Virus record (IMG/VR): IMGVR_UViG_3300046792_000213
Span: 1-64,000 of that record
Length of the DNA: 64,000 nucleotides
Strand: one strand, 5' to 3'
From: a virus
Each line of letters opens with the position of its first letter. The stretch's first letter is position 1. Below the pieces are notes generated by a model, which saw only the letters and a list, made by a program, of their open reading frames with translations, was not told where the DNA came from and did not search any database. Made by a program: the position numbers and the translations under genes. Of this stretch, positions 8,553-17,087 are shown one piece after another.

Positions 8553-10595
8553 ATGGCTATCGACCACCTGCCCGACACGAGCGTCGAGGCCGTCGCCACC
8601 GTCCCGTCGGTGCCCGTGCAGAGCCCGTTCGTCGACCCCGACTACACCCCGGCCAAGCCCGCGCCGGCCCGCACCGGGTCCGCCGCCATGGTGGTCGCGA
8701 AGGCCACCGGGCGCGGCCTCGGAACCGGCACCCGCTGGGTCGTCACCGGGGTCGTACACAGTGCGCGTCAGTGGGTCGAGCTGTACCACGACGACTACCC
8801 CCAGATCGTCGCCCTCGCGGTTGCCGAACGGAAGGCCGTCAAGGACACCGCCGAGGCAGACGCGGCCAAGCTCGTCGTGAAGCAGTGGCGCCGCGAGCAC
8901 AAGCGGCACCGCCTCCAGCACCTCGGCCGGACCAGCCTCGGCACCCTCGCCACCGGCGGCACCCTCGCCATGGGCGGCCTCATCGTCGGCGGATGGCTCG
9001 ACCTGCTCCTCGCCGGTGTTGGCCTCGGCGCCACGGCATGGCACGGGCAGCGGGGCACGGGGTCTGCGGGAATCGAAGCCGAGCCCGAGCAGCAGGCGAT
9101 CGGCGCCGCCCTGCAGGGCGATGTCGTCAACGGCGGGGAGGCGCTTCTGGAGGCGTTCGCCGCCATCAAGGTCCCCGAGGGATCCCGTGTCGTGGCCCAC
9201 CAGCCCGGCCCGGACGACACGTCGGTCACCATCGTGAACCTGCCCGCGAACTTCACCGTCACCAGCCTCAAGGCCAAGACCGAGGAACTGGCGGGCGCCC
9301 TCGGCCGCGACGTCACCATGGTCGACATCCGCAAGGCCGGCCACGCCAACCAGGCCGCGGTCTGGCTGTCCAGCCGGGACCCTTTCGAGATTCCCCGCCC
9401 GTCACCGCTGCTCACCGGCAGCGCCGCCGTGGACGCCTGGCGGTACGGCATCGCCGTCGCGTGGAACAAGCGGGGCGAGCAGATTCTGCTGCCCATCACC
9501 AACTCGAACATCCTCATCGCCGGAATGACCCGCTCCGGCAAGGGCGTTGGGGCCGCCAACCTCACCGTCGGCGCCAGCCTCGACGTGCGCATCAACCTGC
9601 GGGTGGTGCCCGGCAAGATGAACGGCGAGTGGGACGCCTACGCCCGCGCCGGCGTCGCCAGCACTTACTTCAAGCCCGACCCGAAGCGACTCCTCGCCCT
9701 GCTGGAAGCCCTCAAGGCCGACAAGAACCGGCGCGAGGCCATCCTCGGCAAGCTCGGCAAGTCCAAGATGACCGCGGACACCATCGTCAAGCTCGGCGGC
9801 ATCGAACTCCTCATCATCGACGAACTGGCTACCTACACCCGGCCCGGCCGCCCGCTGCGTGACGAGATCCTCGAAGCCCTCATCGAACTGTCCGCGGTCG
9901 CTGCCGGGGCCGGCATCCTCATGGTGCTGATCACCCAGTACCCGGAGGCCGACGTCATCCCGCAGGCGTTGGCGATGAACTGCGGCACCCGGTGGGCTAT
10001 GCGCGTCGACAACGCGGGGCAGTCCAACGCGATCCTCGGCGGTGGCGCGTCCGGTTCCGGCCGGGACGCGTCCAAGTTCGACCCGCCCCGGCCGGGGCTC
10101 GGCTGGTTGGTCAACCCGTTCGCCAGCGTCACCGACCTCGCCCGGAGTTTCGACCTCGACGAGGACGACCGCGGCGAGATCACCCTGCTCCTGGAGCGGG
10201 CGGCACGACTCCGCGACAAGGCAGGCCGGCTGGTCGGCCAGTGGGACGACCCAATCGAGGCCACGTTGCAGCAGGAGACCGGCATGTCGTCGGCCGGCGG
10301 CGGGCCGGACCGCAACGGTGTCCCCGCCCGCCTCCTGCACCTGATGGACCCGCAGCAGGCCGCCGCCCACGAGGCGCTCACCGAGTGCGTCGAGGTCATG
10401 GACGCGTTCGGCCGGGACGCGCAGGTCGAGGAGGTGGCGGTGAAGCTGGGCATGCCGACGGAGCGGCTGAGTGAACTGCTGCGACTGGCCGGGGCCGGCT
10501 CCACCGTGAAGATCAACCACCCGGAGCGCGGGCGCGTGAACGGCTACCGCCGGGGCGACCTCACCGCGCTCCTCAACCGCGCCACAGCCGCCTGA
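8553..10595 (+). CDS. traB: TraB, FtsK/SpoIIIE-family conjugative dsDNA translocase
   Basis: N-terminal TM segment, Walker A AGMTRSGKG, Walker B LLIIDEL, ITQYP, C-terminal wHTH ending GYRRGDL. Confidence 0.85.
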   Translation: MAIDHLPDTSVEAVATVPSVPVQSPFVDPDYTPAKPAPARTGSAAMVVAKATGRGLGTGTRWVVTGVVHSARQWVELYHDDYPQIVALAVAERKAVKDTAEADAAKLVVKQWRREHKRHRLQHLGRTSLGTLATGGTLAMGGLIVGGWLDLLLAGVGLGATAWHGQRGTGSAGIEAEPEQQAIGAALQGDVVNGGEALLEAFAAIKVPEGSRVVAHQPGPDDTSVTIVNLPANFTVTSLKAKTEELAGALGRDVTMVDIRKAGHANQAAVWLSSRDPFEIPRPSPLLTGSAAVDAWRYGIAVAWNKRGEQILLPITNSNILIAGMTRSGKGVGAANLTVGASLDVRINLRVVPGKMNGEWDAYARAGVASTYFKPDPKRLLALLEALKADKNRREAILGKLGKSKMTADTIVKLGGIELLIIDELATYTRPGRPLRDEILEALIELSAVAAGAGILMVLITQYPEADVIPQALAMNCGTRWAMRVDNAGQSNAILGGGASGSGRDASKFDPPRPGLGWLVNPFASVTDLARSFDLDEDDRGEITLLLERAARLRDKAGRLVGQWDDPIEATLQQETGMSSAGGGPDRNGVPARLLHLMDPQQAAAHEALTECVEVMDAFGRDAQVEEVAVKLGMPTERLSELLRLAGAGSTVKINHPERGRVNGYRRGDLTALLNRATAA

Positions 10596-10599
10596 AACA

Positions 10600-10705
10600 C
10601 CCCGGACAGGGGGCGGACAGCCGCGCAAACCCGCAGGTCACGGCCCGGACACTCGGTCGGACGGCGGGCGGACGGCGACCGGACACGTCCGCCCCTCGTC
10701 CGGGT
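10600..10705 (+). repeat. Putative clt (cis-acting locus of transfer) repeat tract
   Basis: Six direct CGGAC cores at 10603, 10614, 10646, 10658, 10669, 10680 plus inverted GTCCG at 10687 and 10698, directly after the traB stop. Confidence 0.55.
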
Positions 10706-10832
10706 CCCGCCCGGGTGGCAAACCGGGGCGAACCCGACAGGCATCCGGGGCGCAAACCGGGATTAACAACGCACGGTAACACCGGGGTCAGACCGACCCC
10801 GGACCACCCCAACCAAGATCGGAAGGAATCCC

Positions 10833-11243
10833 ATGCCCACCCAACCACCCATGACCGCCGACGAAGTGTTCGACGGCTACGACTTCCGCACCAACGGAGG
10901 CCGGGAAGGCACGACCTTCTACTTCCGCGGCCACCTGACCGCCGAGGAGATCGCCGCCACGTACAGCCGCACCTACCCCAATCCCGAGGCCACCGGCTCG
11001 TACCGCATCGATGCCGCCAGTGGCCGCCACGCATGGCACGTCTTCACCCAGCACGAGGACGGCTGCTACCTGATCGCCGCCGCCGACGGTCCGTTCGACC
11101 TCGACCGCGACTACGACCTCTGCACCTGCAAGGCGGCACAGTCCCGCCAGAACGACGGGCGCGGCTACGAGTACCGGCACCCGCACCCCGCCACCAAGCG
11201 CACGCCGGGTGCCATCCCCGTCACCTGGGTCACCGCGGCCTGA
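10833..11243 (+). CDS. Hypothetical protein
   Basis: 136 aa, preceded by the shared leader. Confidence 0.65.
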   Translation: MPTQPPMTADEVFDGYDFRTNGGREGTTFYFRGHLTAEEIAATYSRTYPNPEATGSYRIDAASGRHAWHVFTQHEDGCYLIAAADGPFDLDRDYDLCTCKAAQSRQNDGRGYEYRHPHPATKRTPGAIPVTWVTAA

Positions 11244-11326
11244 CCGAGGCCACCGACCGCGTGCGCCACGGCTCCGCCGACTGACATCTGCCCCAGCCGA
11301 ACCCAACCAGGATCGAAAGGACTCCC

Positions 11327-11548
11327 ATGCCCTACGAGCAGTACGACAAGCCGACCACTCTTCGCGAGGCGGACCAGAACATCGCGTGCATCCAGCGCTG
11401 CCAGCGGGAACTCCGCGACCGGGGTCGCACCACTGACGCCGCCGGATGGGACAGCGAACTGATCGAGCAGCAGCAGGCACGCGAGGAGATCAAGCAGCAG
11501 GGCAACGCCGCCCTCTCCAAGATCTTCCGCAGCATCCACAGCAAGTGA
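11327..11548 (+). CDS. Hypothetical coiled-coil protein
   Basis: 73 aa, preceded by the shared leader. Confidence 0.6.
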   Translation: MPYEQYDKPTTLREADQNIACIQRCQRELRDRGRTTDAAGWDSELIEQQQAREEIKQQGNAALSKIFRSIHSK

Positions 11549-11659
11549 TCGGAGAAACCCCATGCCCAAGCAGACCTACATCATCACCGCCCTCCGGCAC
11601 GTAGGCGACTACTCGTACTGAACGCCGCAGCCCCACTCGGCAAGATCGAAAGGACCCCC

Positions 11660-11857
11660 ATGGCAGCCAAGATCGTGTCTACCGTCCCGAACAGGTCGGG
11701 AGCCCACGTCAACGTCATTGAGAAGAACGGCCCCAACAACCTCGGCTGGGAATGCACTGGCTGCAACACCAGCAACGTCGTCGGCGGCTACGACTTCCAG
11801 ATCACCCGGCAGGCCCAGGAGCACGCCAACACCTGCTCATTCCTCCCGAGGGGCTGA
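11660..11857 (+). CDS. Small CxxC...HAxxC zinc-finger protein
   Basis: WECTGC...AQEHANTC. Confidence 0.6.
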   Translation: MAAKIVSTVPNRSGAHVNVIEKNGPNNLGWECTGCNTSNVVGGYDFQITRQAQEHANTCSFLPRG

Positions 11858-11859
11858 TC

Positions 11860-12306
11860 GTGGCATCCCTCGCGATCATCTCGTTCGGCTACCTGCACGG
11901 GACCCCACCAGACGCCCACATCACGGTCGACCTGCGCACCCACTTCCGAGACCCGCACTTCGACCCGGCGCTGCGGGACATGACCGCCCACGATTGGGAG
12001 ATCCGCGACACCGTCCTCAATACCCCCGGTATTCGCGCCCTCGTCGACGCCACCGTCGCCATGATCCGCGCCTACCAGGCCGCCCCCAGCCCCGCCCCGC
12101 TCACGGTCGCCGTGGGCTGTGCAGGAGGTAGGCATCGCGCTGCGGCATTTGCCATGGAGGTCGGAGCCCGGACGAGTGCCACTGTCACCCACCGCGACCT
12201 GACCAAACCCGTCATCAACCATCGAACCGAAAGGACCCCTCATGCCCCTCGACCTCACCGGCAAAGCCTGGGGCCGCAAGGTCATCCCCAAGTTCACCGA
12301 CGCTGA
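11860..12306 (+). CDS. RapZ C-terminal-domain-like protein
   Basis: IISFGYLHG..P.AHITVDLR..FRDP and VAVGCAGGRHR...V.HRDL motifs. Confidence 0.75.
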   Translation: MASLAIISFGYLHGTPPDAHITVDLRTHFRDPHFDPALRDMTAHDWEIRDTVLNTPGIRALVDATVAMIRAYQAAPSPAPLTVAVGCAGGRHRAAAFAMEVGARTSATVTHRDLTKPVINHRTERTPHAPRPHRQSLGPQGHPQVHRR

Positions 12307-12445
12307 ACTCGCAGACGCCATCGAGACCTACGAGACCGCGCTAGCCGACCCCAACCTCGACCCGAACCCCGACGTGTACCGCGGCCTCATCCGCGAGTGG
12401 GAACAGCGCCACGGGCTCGCCGAAAAACCCCGGTACGAGATCTGA
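12242..12445 (+). CDS. Hypothetical protein
   Basis: 67 aa, GAAAGGA leader. Confidence 0.55.
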   Translation: MPLDLTGKAWGRKVIPKFTDAELADAIETYETALADPNLDPNPDVYRGLIREWEQRHGLAEKPRYEI

Positions 12446-12462
12446 CACCCGAAAGGAACCCC

Positions 12463-12663
12463 ATGCCCTACCGCCCCGGTGACCGTGTCACCATCACCAA
12501 CCCCCACCCCGAGAACGCGAAATGGCGTGGCCTGACCGGCACCGTAGTGGACGACGGCTCCAAGTCCGGCGGCCTCATCCCCGTCAAGGGCCTCGATGGT
12601 CGCATCAAGGAAGCCGTCGCCGGCTACCGCGGCTTCTACGCCGAGGAGCTGACCCGCGCATGA
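12463..12663 (+). CDS. Small KOW/SH3-like protein
   Basis: YRPGDRVTI...WRGLTGTVV. Confidence 0.55.
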   Translation: MPYRPGDRVTITNPHPENAKWRGLTGTVVDDGSKSGGLIPVKGLDGRIKEAVAGYRGFYAEELTRA

Positions 12664-13169
12664 CCACCAACAACACCCTTCCGGAGCCCACCGACCGGGA
12701 CCTGCTCGACCTCGTCACCATCCACACGCAGATCCGCCAGCAGCCGGCCAGCGCGGGCATATGGGTCCCGCCGATGCCCCCGTTCGAGAACCCCGCGCTC
12801 AATCGGCGGGTCCGTCGCCTCGCCGCGGACTACGTCGTCCTTCGGCTCTACCGGGCACACATCGACGCCTGGTGGGCCGAGCGGGACGAGGCCCGGGGCT
12901 ACGAGGAGATCAACGCCCGTATTCGGGAACGCAACGAGCAGATCATGGCCGCCGCGATGTGGGCGGCGCGCACCCGCGGCGGCGAGATCAAACCATTCCC
13001 CACGGAAGAAGCCGCGCGTCGCGCCGTCCACTCCAACAGCATCTACGGCACCGTGCTACGCCGCACACGGCCGGGTGGTCCTTGGATTGACGTCGTCTCA
13101 ATCCCCCTGGAAGAGATCACGGCAACATCCCGGATCCGCAGCGCCGCCGACGAACTCACGGGGGCCTGA
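12660..13169 (+). CDS. Hypothetical protein
   Basis: ATGA coupling, 169 aa. Confidence 0.55.
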   Translation: MTTNNTLPEPTDRDLLDLVTIHTQIRQQPASAGIWVPPMPPFENPALNRRVRRLAADYVVLRLYRAHIDAWWAERDEARGYEEINARIRERNEQIMAAAMWAARTRGGEIKPFPTEEAARRAVHSNSIYGTVLRRTRPGGPWIDVVSIPLEEITATSRIRSAADELTGA

Positions 13170-13171
13170 CC

Positions 13172-13369
13172 ATGGCATCCCGAACCGTCACCGACTCCGG
13201 CATGACCGACCAGCAGTGGGAAGCACAGAACTCCCGCCTCGGGCCGTCCGCCGCCGAGAAGCGCGGCCTGTGCTGGCAGTGCGCCGGCAAGAAAGTCCTC
13301 TACACGGCGTTCGGCGGCGTACAGCGCGAGGTCGACTGCGGCGAGTGCCGCGGCACCGGAAAGGCGTGA
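13172..13369 (+). CDS. Small DnaJ-type zinc-ribbon protein
   Basis: CWQCAG...CGECRGTG. Confidence 0.6.
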   Translation: MASRTVTDSGMTDQQWEAQNSRLGPSAAEKRGLCWQCAGKKVLYTAFGGVQREVDCGECRGTGKA

Positions 13370-13370
13370 G

Positions 13371-13655
13371 ATGAACCTGTCGTTCCCCACCCGGCTGGGC
13401 GAGAAAGTCATCGTCCGCTCAGGTCCGCTCGGGTCGCGCTGGTCATGCTCAGGCTGCAAGCAGACCGGCACTCCCCGCAAGGCCGACCTGGAAAAGGAAG
13501 CCGCCAGGCACGCTGCCGCCTGCCGATACCGCAAAGGTCAACTCGTCCCGGACCTGCGGGGCTGGGACTGCGCCCGCTGCAACTTCGGCAACCACCGCGC
13601 CGCCCCGACCTGCGCCGGATGCGGCGCCCACGCCCGCCTCGCCGCCATCTGGTGA
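13371..13655 (+). CDS. Double zinc-finger protein (CxxC..HAxxC plus RanBP2-type)
   Basis: WSCSGC...ARHAAAC then WDCARCNFGNHRAAPTCAGC. Confidence 0.6.
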   Translation: MNLSFPTRLGEKVIVRSGPLGSRWSCSGCKQTGTPRKADLEKEAARHAAACRYRKGQLVPDLRGWDCARCNFGNHRAAPTCAGCGAHARLAAIW

Positions 13656-13683
13656 CCAAGCACAACCAGAGAAGAGGCTGACC

Positions 13684-13941
13684 ATGTACCCGACCGGCAC
13701 CCACGTCACGATCCGCTCCGTCGACCACCTGCCCGGCAAGCACCGCAACCTCATCGGCCGGGAGGGCATAGTCGGCGATCACGAGAACGGCATGAACATC
13801 CTCACCGCCACCGGCTGGGTGATCGGCGGGCACTACGCCTTCCCCGACGACGCCCTCACCGTTACCGGGCGCGGCACCCCGCCCGCCATGCCGCGCCGGT
13901 ACCGGGTCCGCGGCTACTACGCGCCCGACCAGGAGTCCTGA
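13684..13941 (+). CDS. Small KOW/SH3-like protein
   Basis: YPTGTHVTI...LIGREGIV, resembles 12463..12663. Confidence 0.5.
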   Translation: MYPTGTHVTIRSVDHLPGKHRNLIGREGIVGDHENGMNILTATGWVIGGHYAFPDDALTVTGRGTPPAMPRRYRVRGYYAPDQES

Positions 13942-14144
13942 TGCCGATCACGATCCGCAAGTCCATCCGCATCCTGCCCGGAGTGAAGCTGAACTTCGGC
14001 CGCCGCTCGCGGTCGATCACGATCGGGCCGAAGTGGTTCAAGAAGACGTACTCGTCCACCGGCCGCACCACGACCTCCGCCGACCTTCCCGGCCCGTTCG
14101 GATGGCGCACCAGCACCCGCCGCACCCGGAACGAGAACCAGTAA
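13941..14144 (+). CDS. DUF4236-domain protein
   Basis: RKSIRILPGVKLNFGRRSRSITIG. Confidence 0.75.
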   Translation: MPITIRKSIRILPGVKLNFGRRSRSITIGPKWFKKTYSSTGRTTTSADLPGPFGWRTSTRRTRNENQ

Positions 14145-14212
14145 CCACTCCGCCGGCCAACCCACAAGCCCCGCCCAAAGCCACACCACCAACCGGCCCC
14201 GGACCCACGACA

Positions 14213-14244
14213 GCCGCCCCTGCCCGAGAAGGGCAGGGGCGGTT
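14213..14244 (+). terminator. Hairpin/terminator ending the tra-associated operon
   Basis: GCCGCCCCTGCCC-GAGAA-GGGCAGGGGCGGT. Confidence 0.55.
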
Positions 14245-14417
14245 CGCTTGCGTCAGGCGGGTGGCACGTCGAGCTCGTCGTTCGCGCAGCCGGCAGCGAC
14301 GCGACGATCATTCGCTTCATCATGGGACCTGCGCACCGAGTGCTCGGCAGCAACAGGGGCAGGCGCGACCGGCGTTCACTCGGCGGAGCGAACCAGGACG
14401 CACTACGCTCACCGGCC

Positions 14418-15017
14418 ATGTCCATCCACTGGTCCGACGGCACCAACGCCATCGCCGCCACAGCCAGCGCCGTCGCAGCCGTGGCCGCCTGGTTTGCCGC
14501 ACGCAGATCCAACACGACCGCCGAGACCGTGGCGCGAATCGAGCGCGACCGCTGGCACACCGAACTCACCCCGGAATTCGATGTCACCGCAACAGCCCTC
14601 GGGCCTGGCACCAACAAGGCGTCCCTGCACATCACGCTCAAGAAGCCAACCGGCCTGCCGGGGCTCACTAAAGGCATCCTCCGAATCCGGGACGACGGCT
14701 ACGTCCACCAGCCGCTCGGCTTCGTTACCCAGGAGATGATCGACGCCACCATCTACGGCCCGTACCGGTTCGAACCTGGCATCAGTGGCGCCAGCGCGGA
14801 CGGCCGTACCGTGACCAGCCGCCCAATCGGCCTTGGTGACTGGGACAAGTTCGCCCTTGAACGCACCCTGCCAGACCACGTGGACCAGGATGTCTGGCAC
14901 AGCACCTACGACAACGCCCTTATCAGGCTGTCCATCGAGTGCCACGCCGACGGCCACAAGCCCTGGCACGTCACTTACGAGATAGCCGTTGCTGATCCTG
15001 CCTCACCCCAGGCATGA
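14418..15017 (+). CDS. Moron-like protein with N-terminal membrane anchor
   Basis: AIAATASAVAAVAAWFAARRS followed by a soluble domain; bounded by hairpins. Confidence 0.55.
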   Translation: MSIHWSDGTNAIAATASAVAAVAAWFAARRSNTTAETVARIERDRWHTELTPEFDVTATALGPGTNKASLHITLKKPTGLPGLTKGILRIRDDGYVHQPLGFVTQEMIDATIYGPYRFEPGISGASADGRTVTSRPIGLGDWDKFALERTLPDHVDQDVWHSTYDNALIRLSIECHADGHKPWHVTYEIAVADPASPQA

Positions 15018-15019
15018 GG

Positions 15020-15056
15020 AAGCCGCCCCCACCCCGCGAAGGGTGAGGGCGGCTTC
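15020..15056. terminator. Terminator between the convergent tra and phage modules
   Basis: GAAGCCGCCC...GGGCGGCTTC inverted repeat. Confidence 0.6.
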
Positions 15057-15116
15057 GTGGTCAGGTGCGGCGGCGGTCAGGGAGTAGCGCCGGCGGCGTG
15101 GTCGGTGGGGGCGTCG

Positions 15117-15911
15117 TCAGGTGATGTTCTTCTGCCGCCACAGGTCGTCGATCAGGTCGAGGCCACGGGCGGTGGCGTAGGCCACCGGGTAGTTGATCCC
15201 CCGGTTCGTCTCCGCGAGCACCCTGAAGTGGCCGCCGTCCTGGAACGCCTTCCGCGGCAGGTTCCGCCCACCACCGTACTGCGAGGTCTGCTTGCGGAAG
15301 ATCTGGATCTCGACGAGCCAGTTCGTCATGGTGCGGACGTCGGTGCCGAGCATGTCGGCAGTCTCGGTCATGCCGATCAGCCCGTCGGCGTTCAGGAACT
15401 TGTCCCACTTCCCCGCCTTCGGGGCGGCGACCTCCAGCTCCTTCGCGAGCTGCTGTTCGCGCTCCAGGGCGGCGACGTACTGCTTGGCCATCTCCAACTC
15501 GGACATCGGCCGGCTCGTCGCGATCTCCGCTTTGCGGGTCTGGACGGTGAAGTACGACTGCGCTGCGGCGACGGCGGGCTTGTTGGGCTCGCCGTTCATG
15601 GCGACGAGGTACGCGGCCTGACGACTCAAGTGATAGTCGGCCCGGGGGGCGCCGCCAGTACCTTTTTCCTGACTCCGGGAAAAAGCCTGATCAGAGTAGG
15701 TGCCCGTGTTCTCGGCCGACCGGATGGCACGCTCGATGACCCGGAGGAAGTTCTCCCACTTGTCGTAGCCCATGACCGGCTGAAGGTCCCGAGCGGACCA
15801 GTACTCCTGGCCGTAGTCGTCTTCGCGGCGAAGGGCGTCGAAGGGACTGTTGTTCCCGCCGCCCCCGTCGTTGCCTACGGCTGCCAGCGAGATACCGTTG
15901 TTCTGTGCCAC
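15117..15911 (-). CDS. Phage antirepressor (Bro-N/DinD-like plus KilAC/ANT)
   Basis: YWSARDLQPVMGYDKWENF...DYHLSR.AAYLVAMNGEPNKP.VAAAQSYF; PKAGKWDKFLNADGLIGMTETADMLG; GTG with AGGAGG RBS. Confidence 0.85.
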   Translation of the reverse strand: MAQNNGISLAAVGNDGGGGNNSPFDALRREDDYGQEYWSARDLQPVMGYDKWENFLRVIERAIRSAENTGTYSDQAFSRSQEKGTGGAPRADYHLSRQAAYLVAMNGEPNKPAVAAAQSYFTVQTRKAEIATSRPMSELEMAKQYVAALEREQQLAKELEVAAPKAGKWDKFLNADGLIGMTETADMLGTDVRTMTNWLVEIQIFRKQTSQYGGGRNLPRKAFQDGGHFRVLAETNRGINYPVAYATARGLDLIDDLWRQKNIT

Positions 15912-16120
15912 GGAGCTGTGTCCTCCTGGTTCGTAGCCCTCCGCGGGACCCACTCCCGCGCGAGGGCGAACTTCGTTATGGGGCGGATCATCTGACGATC
16001 CGACAGCAATACGATACCGGCACTTCCGGACAAAGTGTGACCTCTGCGTGATCAAGGAAATATCAGCTATTCGGGACAGCGGTGCACCGGTCGTTGGTCG
16101 AATCAGACCGAGCATGCGAA

Positions 16121-16159
16121 AGCGCCCCCGCCCGGCCGTGAGGCCAAAGCGGGGGCGGT
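16121..16159 (-). terminator. Terminator after the lysis cassette
   Basis: CGCCCCCGC...GCGGGGGCG-CTTT on the minus strand. Confidence 0.55.
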
Positions 16160-16160
16160 G

Positions 16161-16814
16161 TCAGTTGCGGCGGCGGTCGGACAGCAGCGCGGGCTGCGTC
16201 GGTGTCGGCGATGGTGTCGGGTCGGGTGCCCCGTCCTGGCGGCACACCAGCGCATACGGGTCGTCGAGCGCGGGCTGCTGACTGTATCCGTCGGGGCAGG
16301 GCGAGCCGGGATCGCCTTTCTCGCCCTGCACGCCGGGCGCCCCGTCTTTCCCGTCCGCACCGTCCTTCCCGTCGACACCGTCGCGGCCGGCGGCGCCCGC
16401 CTGTCCGTCCGCGCCCGGAGTGCCCGCCGCACCGGGGAGCCCGGGCGCACCAGTCGCCCCCGGCTCGCCCTGCTGGCCCGGCACGCCAGGAACACCCTGC
16501 TCGCCCTGCGGCCCAGCGACTGGCACCGGCACCGCCGTGCGGTCCGGAAGATGAGGCACAGCCGAGGCCGGGTCCGGCGCGACCGGTGTCCCGCCGATCG
16601 CCTGAACCTGCGCCCGCAGAGCCCGCACGTCCCCAGTCAGGGTGGATACCGCCCCGCCCCGCAGGTCGGCCTCCGCGGCGGCGGCCTTGCGAGCGCCGAT
16701 CTCGTGATCGACTTTCGTCCAGATGATCAGGACGGCACCGCCAAGGGCGACGAGGACGCACGCGAGGAGCGCGCTGCGCCACCGGCGGGCGAGGGCTTGC
16801 TCCGCGCGGGTCAT
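16161..16814 (-). CDS. Membrane-anchored collagen-like protein (lysis-cassette accessory)
   Basis: One N-terminal TM helix, coiled coil, about 20 Gly-X-Y triplets, C-terminal CPDGY...C. Confidence 0.75.
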   Translation of the reverse strand: MTRAEQALARRWRSALLACVLVALGGAVLIIWTKVDHEIGARKAAAAEADLRGGAVSTLTGDVRALRAQVQAIGGTPVAPDPASAVPHLPDRTAVPVPVAGPQGEQGVPGVPGQQGEPGATGAPGLPGAAGTPGADGQAGAAGRDGVDGKDGADGKDGAPGVQGEKGDPGSPCPDGYSQQPALDDPYALVCRQDGAPDPTPSPTPTQPALLSDRRRN

Positions 16815-17077
16815 GGGTTCCCTCCGAGTTGGATGATGATCGCGCGCAGGCGGGTGATTTCAGCCTGGTCCGCGGCGCGCAGCGCGGACTGGTCAGCGAG
16901 GATGACGGCTTGGTCGGTGACCTTGCGGTCGAGGCGGTCCCGCTCTTCTTGGAGATCGCCGGTGAGGCTGGTGTAGCCCGTCAGAGCGGTCTCGCCCCTC
17001 TTCCCGAGGTACGCCACCGCCGCGCCGAGGACACCGCCGATGCCGACCAGCAGCGCCCCCAGGGCGGTGGCGTCCAA
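16811..17077 (-). CDS. Small TM plus coiled-coil protein (holin accessory)
   Basis: ALGALLVGIGGVLGAAVAYLG followed by a coiled coil. Confidence 0.6.
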   Translation of the reverse strand: MDATALGALLVGIGGVLGAAVAYLGKRGETALTGYTSLTGDLQEERDRLDRKVTDQAVILADQSALRAADQAEITRLRAIIIQLGGNP

Positions 17078-17087
17078 GGGGGCTCCT

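Larger units (their letters stand above)
1440..14244 (+). mobile_element. Actinomycete TraB-type conjugation module (AICE/plasmid-like)
   Basis: korSA-like gntR, xis-like gene, spd-like gene, traB, clt-like repeats. Confidence 0.8.

Noticed and set aside
10600-12470. CRISPR array or integron
   Set aside because: The repeats are short or degenerate with gene-sized irregular spacing, have no attC-like palindromes, and there is no cas or intI gene.
15920-16110. LexA/SOS box upstream of the antirepressor
   Set aside because: No match to the actinobacterial TCGAAC-N4-GTTCGA consensus found by eye.
16290-16520. 9-bp-period DNA repeats
   Set aside because: Explained by Gly-X-Y collagen coding.
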